In this document: positions 1-7,231 of the stretch, in pieces | Layout of the letters: every line of letters begins with the position of its first letter | Position numbering within the stretch: the stretch's first letter is position 1 | DNA from: a virus | Lineage: Duplodnaviria; Caudoviricetes | DNA length: 26,063 nt | Virus record (IMG/VR): IMGVR_UViG_3300012346_000249 | Location: 1-26,063 of that record | Reading direction: 5' to 3' (one strand) | Notes under the pieces: generated by a model | Told to the model about the DNA's origin: nothing | The model's database searches: none | What the model saw: only the letters and a program-made list of their open reading frames with translations | Program-made: the position numbers and the translations under genes

Positions 1-116
1 TTCTTTCTAACGTGGTTCATTATGTCCCACAGAACACAAGCCATGTCGAGTGCTTTTACCGCTCTCTTGAACTCGTAGTCTTCTTCTGGTAAGTTAAATT
101 CAATTGTTGCTTTCAT
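1..116 (-). CDS. Hypothetical phage protein, 3'-truncated by the window edge (MKATIEFNLPEEDYEFKRAVKALDMACVLWDI...)
   Basis: ATG at 116 (minus strand), frame open to position 1, overlaps the end of the upstream gene. Not in the ORF track; translated by hand. Confidence 0.75.
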   Translation of the reverse strand, partial: MKATIEFNLPEEDYEFKRAVKALDMACVLWDIMNHVRK

Positions 117-333
117 GGTTGAATTTTTCGTTGTAGTAATTTTGTGGAGATAAATTATTATTAATATCGATGCCATAAGCGGATCCGTAAACGTATGATT
201 CGCAAATCTGATCTTTTTCCATTTCTTTAGCTCTTTTTATTGCGTCTACTAATAATAAGTCTTGCATAGGTTTTGTATCTAACGGACCTAATATATCGCT
301 AAATTCTTTTACTAAATATTCTACTGCTGTCAT
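100..333 (-). CDS. Small phage protein, MKQTA/TAVE-EMEK family (77 aa)
   Basis: Start moved to ATG 333 (ATGA overlap with the upstream stop). MTAVEYL...AKEMEKDQI...QNYYNEKF matches paralogs at 8606, 13644 and 14369. Confidence 0.8.
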   Translation of the reverse strand: MTAVEYLVKEFSDILGPLDTKPMQDLLLVDAIKRAKEMEKDQICESYVYGSAYGIDINNNLSPQNYYNEKFNHESNN

Positions 334-539
334 AACATCAACATTTGTTTGACTGTTGGGCACGACATCTTATGTGTCGATCGTCCTCCGCAGTGGATGC
401 AGTCATGTTTAATCTGGTAGTTGCAATCGTTGTGATCGAATGCTGAGTAACTCTGTCTCATTGACGGAGCTGCTGTATATCTGAAGCAAAACCACTTCTT
501 TTTACAGTCTTCGTTCTGGCATTTAGATAGATCTGGCAT
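330..539 (-). CDS. Cys-rich small phage protein, probably Zn-binding
   Basis: MPDLSKC..DC..CFRY..QSY block plus C-terminal CxxC..H..C; coupled to both neighbours. Confidence 0.8.
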   Translation of the reverse strand: MPDLSKCQNEDCKKKWFCFRYTAAPSMRQSYSAFDHNDCNYQIKHDCIHCGGRSTHKMSCPTVKQMLML

Positions 540-684
540 AATTATAAGCGTCTATTAGTTTATTTAATTGGTCCTCTGACATTAATATTTGTGGCACATC
601 TATACGAACATCCACTCCTTTTTTTTCTCTGATGTAGTCTTGAACTTCTTTTACCATCAGTAGTATGATCGGCATGTGGTTCAT
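523..684 (-). CDS. Hypothetical protein (53 aa, MNHMPIILLMVKEVQDYIREKKGVDVRIDV...)
   Basis: Hand-translated. Fills the gap exactly, with an ATGA overlap with the 681..995 stop; below the track length cutoff. Confidence 0.7.
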   Translation of the reverse strand: MNHMPIILLMVKEVQDYIREKKGVDVRIDVPQILMSEDQLNKLIDAYNYARSI

Positions 685-995
685 ATCTCAACCAACTTGA
701 ACTTACTGAAGTCTACTCCCTGGCGCGTGATGGCTGTTATGTTCGACAGTGCAGTCGCGTCACACTTAGCAATGTTCTCACCGATCGTGTGGATAGCCAT
801 CATCATGTCAGCTGCAATCTTATCGTCAATCTTCCAAAGCTTATCGCGATTCTTCGCGTTCTTCAAGTTCATCACGTTGATCGCCTCGTTGACCTTTTGC
901 TTCACCTTACCCTGCATGTAGGGAGTTCCTTCCAATTCAAGCGCGCAGTTCAACACCACTTGCATTGCTGATAATAACGTTACGTAAGCTTGCAT
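681..995 (-). CDS. Hypothetical protein (104 aa)
   Basis: ORF track; co-oriented and overlapping with its neighbours. Confidence 0.75.
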   Translation of the reverse strand: MQAYVTLLSAMQVVLNCALELEGTPYMQGKVKQKVNEAINVMNLKNAKNRDKLWKIDDKIAADMMMAIHTIGENIAKCDATALSNITAITRQGVDFSKFKLVEI

Positions 996-1156
996 TCTTC
1001 TAGTTTTTTAATGTTGTGTAATCTCATGTCGCGTCCCTTGAGGAACTTATACACACAGTCCTGTGGTATGTCTGCTATTTTCGCGAATTTGTATGGTGTT
1101 AAGTAGTTTCTCCTTAAGTAACTTCTCAACAACTCGCGTAGTTCTTGTTGTGTCAT
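980..1156 (-). CDS. Cro/C1 (XRE)-type HTH DNA-binding protein (58 aa)
   Basis: Start moved to ATG 1156 because the longer version runs through the tRNA-like RNA. LTPYKFAKIADIPQDCVYKFLKG has the HTH pattern. Confidence 0.7.
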   Translation of the reverse strand: MTQQELRELLRSYLRRNYLTPYKFAKIADIPQDCVYKFLKGRDMRLHNIKKLEECKLT

Positions 1157-1187
1157 AACGTCATTTTGTAAATTGTATTTTGTTTTA

Positions 1188-1293
1188 TAGATGCGTAGAC
1201 AGGATTCGAACCTATAAATATTGACTTGAATAATCACTCGAAGTCTCAGCGTCTACCACGTCAGGGACATCCCTAACCTTCCGCCACTACGCA
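1188..1293 (-). ncRNA. tRNA-like RNA with a D-loop hairpin insertion and no canonical anticodon loop
   Basis: Acceptor stem TGCGTAG/CTACGCA; TG-GCG-GAA..GGTAGA-CGC D-arm of Leu/Ser type; T-arm ATAGG-TTCGAAT-CCTGT; ends T-CTA. Confidence 0.75.
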
Positions 1294-1297
1294 TTTA

Positions 1298-1612
1298 TCA
1301 GAACATCTTATATTGGATATGTCGAGATACAACCTCGCCTTTTTCTTTGACCTCAACTATCTCTGAACTTTCAACTGTAGTTAAAGCCTCTGCAATAGAA
1401 TATGTTCCGTCTGGGTTACGTTGTTGCGTAGTTACCTGAACTACAACAGATTTTCCTGCTTGCATTGCTTTTGTTGACTTCATCCATCCTTCTGATTCAG
1501 ATGAAGCTTTAGATATAAGTTTGAACGTGTCGCCATCTCCCCAAAACTTAATATCCTTCACGTTTTTTCTAGCTCCGTTAGCTGTAGTGTTGTGTAATGA
1601 TTTTTCTTCCAT
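1298..1612 (-). CDS. Hypothetical phage protein (104 aa)
   Basis: ORF track; has its own promoter upstream. Confidence 0.85.
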   Translation of the reverse strand: MEEKSLHNTTANGARKNVKDIKFWGDGDTFKLISKASSESEGWMKSTKAMQAGKSVVVQVTTQQRNPDGTYSIAEALTTVESSEIVEVKEKGEVVSRHIQYKMF

Positions 1613-1636
1613 AATGGATTAAATTAATTTATGACA

Positions 1637-1667
1637 CAAATTTATTGCTTTTTATTTTAATATGCAA
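1637..1667 (-). promoter_or_regulatory. Bacteroidota sigma-A-type promoter (TTG-N20-TAAATTTG)
   Basis: Minus-strand TTG (1667-1665), 20-nt spacer, TAAATTTG (1644-1637), upstream of ATG 1612; fits the -33/-7 consensus. Confidence 0.65.
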
Positions 1668-1670
1668 GTT

Positions 1671-2252
1671 TTACATGATTTTTTTGTATCTTATTCTGTA
1701 TGGCTTTACTACAAGATTACTCAACTCCGTATTGCTAGGATTCTTATCGCGATAAGTTACGTGACCTTTTCCTTTGCTCCATCCCAAGAATACCTCACCC
1801 ATAATATCGTGAATATACTTCACCTTGCCTTCAATCAAGTAATACTGGCATCCAGAATTGTTGTGTCTTGGAGTAATGATAGATTCTGTGAACTTCAATC
1901 TACCAAATGTCGATACCATTGCAACATCACCGTACGGCATCCACTTCTCTGTAGTCGGCTTACGTACTCCGCGCCCCTTCGATGACTTTAAGTTCTCAAG
2001 TCGATTGTCTGATTTGTCACCATTAATGTGAACTACCTTCTCGTTTGTATTCAGGAACTCGCTAAATGCTCCCCAAACCAAATAATGTACACCGATCCTG
2101 CGAAATGTTCCGAACGCTGACAAGATCACGCTCCTAAACCCATCTGCATTACACGAGATAGCAACACTCCTCCCGTGACAATTAATTACGTTACCCTGGT
2201 CGCTCACTTTGTAGAACCCTTTATAACCTAATACATCTTTCCAAATTTCCAT
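1671..2252 (-). CDS. NUMOD4-HNH homing-endonuclease-like protein with internal duplication
   Basis: EIWKDVLGYKGFYKVSDQGNV (NUMOD4) and VHYLV...VVHINGDKSDNRLENL (HNH). Second degenerate unit: EKWMP..VSTFGR...IHDIM...VTYRDKNPSNTELSNL. Confidence 0.9.
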   Translation of the reverse strand: MEIWKDVLGYKGFYKVSDQGNVINCHGRSVAISCNADGFRSVILSAFGTFRRIGVHYLVWGAFSEFLNTNEKVVHINGDKSDNRLENLKSSKGRGVRKPTTEKWMPYGDVAMVSTFGRLKFTESIITPRHNNSGCQYYLIEGKVKYIHDIMGEVFLGWSKGKGHVTYRDKNPSNTELSNLVVKPYRIRYKKIM

Positions 2253-2256
2253 AAAT

Positions 2257-2342
2257 AAAAAAACCTATTGCCTTTCGAGGTTGCGGTCTCTAATCAGCAA
2301 TAGGAATTATAAAATATCTTACTGTGTCCGCAACTACACAGT
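2257..2342 (-). promoter_or_regulatory. Structured 5' leader: two hairpins with complementary loops, the second followed by a U-tract
   Basis: Stems 2321-2327/2336-2342 and 2264-2271/2297-2304. Loop sequences CCGCAAC (2328-2334) and GTTGCGG (2280-2286) are reverse complements; A7 at 2257-2263. Confidence 0.65.
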
Positions 2343-2343
2343 G

Positions 2344-2351
2344 CAAATATA
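2344..2351 (-). promoter_or_regulatory. Bacteroidota -7 promoter element TATATTTG
   Basis: Exact TAnnTTTG immediately upstream of the leader hairpin; no clear -33 element. Confidence 0.55.
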
Positions 2352-2356
2352 CCAAT

Positions 2357-2653
2357 AAATGTTGCAAAATGCTAGAAAATGTTACGAAATGTTGACTTTT
2401 TTCGTATATAGCATCGATTAAGTTGCATTCAGTCAGTAAGTTACGGTATAAAAATGTCGAAATGCTGACTTTTAGTTCTATATATAACTATATATAATAT
2501 ATATATATATACTTTTTTTTATAATCTATATAATCTATTAATACTTAACATTGTAACATTTTAATAAGTAATATACTATAAATCAGTAAGTTAAAAAGTG
2601 TTATGCAAGTTTCATTGTAACATTTTGCAGCACTTTTCGATAAATGTCAGCAC
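2357..2653. other. Origin-like element A: converging iteron-like repeats around an AT-rich core
   Basis: Four AAATG(T/C)T units at 10-bp period (2357-2396); a pair at 8-bp period (2452-2467); (TA)n/T-rich core; inverted pair (2546-2561); inverted 10-bp-period array (2618-2653); TCAGTAAGTTA at 2433 and 2583. Confidence 0.6.
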
Positions 2654-3368
2654 TATTTCGTGGTATTTTGTGTGTTGGAGTTCGGGATAATCCCCCCATT
2701 TGACGCAACCTACCCTCAAAGGAAAGTCATTTCATTTTCGGTGGGGGGTGTTACGTTTCAAAAAATTACCTCAAAACTTTTAGCTTTTTATGTTGGCTTA
2801 ATGATATGATATGTTATTATATTATGTTAAATAGAATTTAATTAGTTCCGTTCTTCTTTGTTGGTATAAATATTATATATTCATGTTGCTTTACTTAATG
2901 CAACTTAATTGCATTAACTAAAATCCAGGCTATATATAAAAATCGATACAACTTAATTTAATACCGTTTCATTCATTAGATCCAATCAACTAACTTCATT
3001 TAACATGATCATGTTACATTCAATTACTTTGCACCCATTTAAGTTTATAAGCTTAATTATATTTTTTTCGCCTTGTCTGTATTGATGCCGTTACAACTCC
3101 CCCAACTTCTCAAAACATATCAAACTTTACAAAAAATAATATCAATTCATTAACCTATTGATATTCAATCAATTACACTTTACTTCTATATACGGGATAT
3201 TATTTCACTACGTATAAATACTTAGAACAATTAAGTATTAAACATTATATTTAAATCTATTTAAACTTAGTTTGTGTTTAATCAAATATGAATAACTAAT
3301 TTTACACATATGAAACGGCGAAAGCTATTATTTATTTAAGGTTATTTATTTACAATTAAAACAACATC

Positions 3369-3776
3369 ATGAAAAAGGTAACATCAAACGCGCAAAACTT
3401 GACTTTAAAGTTTTACCAAGCATCAACAGAAGTGAATGTAAATTTCACAATTGAAAAAACGGCAAAAGATAGCTTGTTAATCGGTACGGCATTAAATGAA
3501 TTGTTTACAATGCGCGACAACTACGCGAATGCGGGGCTAAAATTATTTAAGTCAAACGAACCACTACTTTTTAGCGTATCAAATGAAACAAGTACTTTAT
3601 TGGATGTAGGTATGTGTCAAAAAACAATTTTGCACAAATTGAAATTAAACAAAACGGCTAAAAGCAAGCGCGCATTTGCAAAACGTGTTAACCTTGCAAT
3701 AACTGAAATTAAACGCGAAGTTGTGGCAATTGACTACACGGACTTAACTAACAAATTAAACGCAATCATTGATTAA
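3369..3776 (+). CDS. Hypothetical protein, first gene of the rightward (early-type) region
   Basis: 135-aa ORF with an A-rich initiation region. Confidence 0.85.
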   Translation: MKKVTSNAQNLTLKFYQASTEVNVNFTIEKTAKDSLLIGTALNELFTMRDNYANAGLKLFKSNEPLLFSVSNETSTLLDVGMCQKTILHKLKLNKTAKSKRAFAKRVNLAITEIKREVVAIDYTDLTNKLNAIID

Positions 3777-4101
3777 TTAACAAAGGTTCAGCGCGTACCA
3801 TTAAACGCGCACCCCTTAGATGTTTGTAACCTTGTCGCGGTTAAGGGGCTTTAAACTAATAACAAACGAACTATATTAATATGCCATACGATAAACGGCA
3901 TTGGTTAACCATACCAAACAAAGGAACGCGTATACCTTTACACTGTTAATTTAGGATTATGTTTTTTGACTTATTGGAATTAATAGAAGTTAGCAAATTT
4001 ACTGCTTTGTTTCCACTTTTGCGATGATACGAGCAAAGGAAATGCACAAAGATAGGGGTAAATACAAAGTGTTAACACAATTCGCAAATATGCGAAAGAA
4101 A

Positions 4102-4154
4102 CAAGTACGAAAATATGGTATTGAAATAACGTTCGAATCGTTACGTACTTGCTA
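4102..4154 (+). ncRNA. Minimal tRNA-like element (acceptor-like stem plus T-arm only)
   Basis: CAAGTACG (4102-4109)/CGTACTTG (4144-4151) stacked on TAACG-TTCGAAT-CGTTA; 17-nt linker containing TGGTA; followed by CTA. Confidence 0.55.
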
Positions 4155-4166
4155 AAACTAACAAAG

Positions 4167-4322
4167 ATGAGAACAATCACATTAATTTTTTTACTATTAG
4201 CAATGTTATGCTTATTAGTAATGTTAACGAGTAGCGTTAATTTAGGGCGTATTTACGCGGGGTTATTTGCACTAAGTATGCTTGGTGCAATAGTATCAAT
4301 AATTTCAATTAAACTAAGATGA
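4167..4322 (+). CDS. Small membrane protein (51 aa, 2 hydrophobic segments)
   Basis: Hand-translated MRTITLIFLLLAMLCLLVML...; ATGA overlap with the next gene. Confidence 0.65.
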   Translation: MRTITLIFLLLAMLCLLVMLTSSVNLGRIYAGLFALSMLGAIVSIISIKLR

Positions 4323-4564
4323 TACAAGATTATTTTAAGATGCATAAAGCTTTATGCAAAGAAACGCAATTTAACCGCAAAGTTGAATTGAATATAAAGA
4401 TAAACGAATTCAAGAAAAGAAACGGTATCCAAGTACTCAATAAAAGTGGCGTTTATGATGCGATATTAATTAACGGTACAAAGATGGGCGCAATTTATCC
4501 CGTGTACAATAAGAAAGGTGAAATTTACAAATACAAATACAATGAAGAACAAGGAATTAATTGA
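4319..4564 (+). CDS. Hypothetical protein (81 aa)
   Basis: ORF track; translationally coupled. Confidence 0.75.
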   Translation: MIQDYFKMHKALCKETQFNRKVELNIKINEFKKRNGIQVLNKSGVYDAILINGTKMGAIYPVYNKKGEIYKYKYNEEQGIN

Positions 4565-4625
4565 GGGCATGGTAATAGCAGTAATCGCCCTGGCTGCATT
4601 CGTATTAAGTGGAATTTATAGATAA
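4542..4625 (+). CDS. Putative single-TM microprotein (27 aa)
   Basis: MKNKELIEGMVIAVIALAAFVLSGIYR; stop 1 nt before the next ATG. Confidence 0.5.
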   Translation: MKNKELIEGMVIAVIALAAFVLSGIYR

Positions 4626-4626
4626 C

Positions 4627-4854
4627 ATGATAACAATGAAAGAAACACGTAATGGCGTGACGGAAGTTAGCGAAATTACAGAAACACAATACAACAACAT
4701 CACAAGCGATGACACGTTGAAATGGTTCAGACGATTAGGCGGAACTGAAACGGCTACACGTGGCTACACGGAACGTGGCTACAATGTAGTGAAGTTGATA
4801 AGTACGTCACCGGACAAAGAGACACGAGTAATAAGAGAATTCAGTTTTAAATAA
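4627..4854 (+). CDS. Hypothetical protein (75 aa)
   Basis: ORF track; start moved to ATG 4627. Confidence 0.8.
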   Translation: MITMKETRNGVTEVSEITETQYNNITSDDTLKWFRRLGGTETATRGYTERGYNVVKLISTSPDKETRVIREFSFK

Positions 4855-4913
4855 AGAAGTTTTAATTGTTAACAAGGGGTGGCAATAGGGTCGCCCCATT
4901 AAAAACGAATCAA

Positions 4914-5078
4914 ATGAGATTAGTATTAATTTTTGCATTATTGATCGCGAACGTATCAATGGCAACGCCACCGAGTGGCTACAACTATAAGCGACACTAC
5001 AAGAAGTGTCAAAGAGTGAAGAGAATGAATCGAGTGTTTAATCTAAATGGGTGCAAATACCACACGCAAAGAATATGA
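4914..5078 (+). CDS. Small basic protein with a signal-peptide-like N-terminus (54 aa)
   Basis: Start moved to ATG 4914: MRLVLIFALLIANVSMA, then a K/R-rich segment. Preceded by a GC hairpin at 4876-4897. Confidence 0.65.
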   Translation: MRLVLIFALLIANVSMATPPSGYNYKRHYKKCQRVKRMNRVFNLNGCKYHTQRI

Positions 5079-5395
5079 GCTATTTAATCAAAACATACTT
5101 CGAAGTATTCGAGGACGACTACAACGAAGGCGAAGGTAAATTTGTTACTCATTGGTCACACCAATCACAACATAACGCTATTGAATCGGCATTACAGCAA
5201 CACTTCGAACAAGTAGGTTTGTCCTACGATGTCAATAACATACACGAAGAAGATGGTATGCGTTACTACTCTTGGATGGTAGATGATGAATGTATCGAAG
5301 CTACTGAAAAGGAAGTAGAAAAATGGAAGCAAGGTAAAACAAAGCTGTACTCTCAAAATGCAAATATTAATATATATAAATTAGAACAGATATGA
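5075..5395 (+). CDS. Hypothetical acidic protein (106 aa)
   Basis: Start moved to ATG 5075 (ATGA overlap). Confidence 0.8.
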   Translation: MSYLIKTYFEVFEDDYNEGEGKFVTHWSHQSQHNAIESALQQHFEQVGLSYDVNNIHEEDGMRYYSWMVDDECIEATEKEVEKWKQGKTKLYSQNANINIYKLEQI

Positions 5396-6138
5396 AAGCA
5401 ACGATTAACACAAATTTATTTCCTATCATCAGCGTAGGAATGTACGGGACGGTACTTGAGCCCGATAGCATGTTCGATAGTTGGACAATCGACGAGGACA
5501 AAAGTAATGGCTATATCAATTACAATGCTAACTACTTTTGGGAGCACTTCAATAACCAAGCGTACGTCAACGCAATAGAATCAACTGCACATCAGTTTCT
5601 GAATGGAACTCACGAAGCGAACGGAATCGAGGTAAAGATAAGATGCAAGGAAATATATTCACCAAAGTACTACAACTTCTCAACCGATGAGATGGTATTT
5701 GATGTAACGTACAACAAACGAAAAGTAAAGCAGTACGCTAAAGATAACTACAGTGAGTTTAATCAATTCTTGAAAGATAACTACAGTAGCCGAGACGGTT
5801 TCTGTAGCATGACATCAAACAACTACAGTGAGTGGCTGTACGACTTCAATAACAACGAGGTGCGGGCGATTGGTGCGGTACTGTCATTCATATTCAGAGA
5901 CGATATGTTGGTTGAAGAGTTTCACAACACATGTACGGAGATACTTTACTATTGGGACTTTATCGACTACAAGGAATATGACGAAGTCTACCAAAAGGTG
6001 TGGGACTACGTAAAGGAAAACTACATGACGCTAAACAAAGCGAAGTGTCCGATCAAACACGAAGAACTTGACGTAATGTCAATGTACAAAGATTGTATCA
6101 GTAAAGTAGAAGAACATAATTTAAAATTAGAGTTATGA
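5392..6138 (+). CDS. Hypothetical acidic, aromatic-rich phage protein (248 aa)
   Basis: Long ORF coupled at both ends; contains the SPKYYNFSTD block. Confidence 0.9.
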   Translation: MKATINTNLFPIISVGMYGTVLEPDSMFDSWTIDEDKSNGYINYNANYFWEHFNNQAYVNAIESTAHQFLNGTHEANGIEVKIRCKEIYSPKYYNFSTDEMVFDVTYNKRKVKQYAKDNYSEFNQFLKDNYSSRDGFCSMTSNNYSEWLYDFNNNEVRAIGAVLSFIFRDDMLVEEFHNTCTEILYYWDFIDYKEYDEVYQKVWDYVKENYMTLNKAKCPIKHEELDVMSMYKDCISKVEEHNLKLEL

Positions 6139-6836
6139 TATTTAAGATAGACGACACCCTCCAGGTTATACGCCTGGGGGTTACTTCAAACGATAAGATT
6201 GAAGCCAACAGTAAGCGACCGATTGTACAGACGTACACGTTTAGTCGCAAACAATTCGAGATGATAGCTAACAATGACGAACGTAACATGAGGTCGTTCT
6301 TTAATGCAGCTGATAGCAATTGCCTTGACTGTCCATTCAATTCATTCGGCAAATGTTACACGCATAAGTTCAACCAATACGTGGGGTTCATATCAATGTT
6401 GAAACGTGTAGCGAAACAGTACGCAACATGGGATGATGTGCCTAACTATGAAGTATCGTTCACCATCATTGCTCGTGAAATTGCTCAAGGTAAATTCATT
6501 CGGTTCGGTACGTACGGCGAGCCGTCACTACACCCAATTGAAATGATTGAAGCAATGGTCGACGTGGCTGACAATTGGACGGGATACACGCACCAATGGA
6601 AACGTAGCGATGTTCTAGGCAAGTACTTCATGGCATCAACGCACACGTTAGATGAGTCGAACGTAGCGAAGGAACAAGGATACAGAAGTTACATTGCTAC
6701 ACCTACTCCGATAGGCGAAGTAGTTAATTGTCCTGCAAGTAAAGAGTCGGGATACAAGTCAAGCTGTAGCAAGTGCGGTTTGTGTAGCGGTACAGAGGGA
6801 AAAGGAAAGAAAAGTATTTACATTTTAAATCATTAA
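6135..6836 (+). CDS. Cys-rich putative Fe-S protein (resembles phage gp88/radical-SAM-like proteins)
   Basis: CLDC-x6-CY, IRFGTYGEP, WTGYTHQW, MAS, NCPA, CSKCGLC. The family label is by recall only. Confidence 0.6.
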   Translation: MIFKIDDTLQVIRLGVTSNDKIEANSKRPIVQTYTFSRKQFEMIANNDERNMRSFFNAADSNCLDCPFNSFGKCYTHKFNQYVGFISMLKRVAKQYATWDDVPNYEVSFTIIAREIAQGKFIRFGTYGEPSLHPIEMIEAMVDVADNWTGYTHQWKRSDVLGKYFMASTHTLDESNVAKEQGYRSYIATPTPIGEVVNCPASKESGYKSSCSKCGLCSGTEGKGKKSIYILNH

Positions 6837-6839
6837 GCA

Positions 6840-7067
6840 ATGAAAAAAAATTATGAAGCATTAAGTGGAATTAACTTAGATATGTTCTACTCAGTTAGAA
6901 TTACACCAACTGAAATAAGCCTACAAGGTAGACAATCTAGCGAAGCTATAATATCAATTAGACTAAATTATATGAAGTCATACGAAGACTTTCATATTAA
7001 TGATGATGGGTATGTAGAAGGGAGTTTTGTGCGAGATGGTATAACATTCAGAGTATGCTTAACGTAA
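6840..7067 (+). CDS. Hypothetical protein (75 aa)
   Basis: ORF track. Confidence 0.75.
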   Translation: MKKNYEALSGINLDMFYSVRITPTEISLQGRQSSEAIISIRLNYMKSYEDFHINDDGYVEGSFVRDGITFRVCLT

Positions 7068-7231
7068 TGAAAGCAACGATAAGTTATAAGACACCGAAAG
7101 GTGACTACAAAGTAGTTACGAAACAGTTCGCGGACCAGCGACACTTGGATAACTACATCAATTTAATTAGTAAAACAAATAAGATTATAGGTTATGAAAG
7201 TAATCAAGGCAGTAAAGGAACGGTACATTAA
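7067..7231 (+). CDS. Hypothetical protein (54 aa, MKATISYKTPKGDYKVVTKQFADQRHLDNYI...)
   Basis: Hand-translated; TAATG overlap with the previous stop. Confidence 0.7.
   Translation: MKATISYKTPKGDYKVVTKQFADQRHLDNYINLISKTNKIIGYESNQGSKGTVH

Noticed and set aside
1188-1293. Calling this a functional tRNA-Leu/Ser
   Set aside because: No 7-nt anticodon loop or normal variable arm can be drawn; reported as tRNA-like instead.
676-1985. Plus-strand track ORFs 676..921, 789..971 and 1662..1985
   Set aside because: Antisense shadows of better-supported, translationally coupled minus-strand genes.
1671-2252. Group I intron or IS200/605-type element carrying the HNH
   Set aside because: No interrupted host gene, intron core or RuvC/transposase motifs seen.
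3980-4180. Minus-strand 66-aa ORF
   Set aside because: Opposes the local transcription direction and overlies the structured RNA region.
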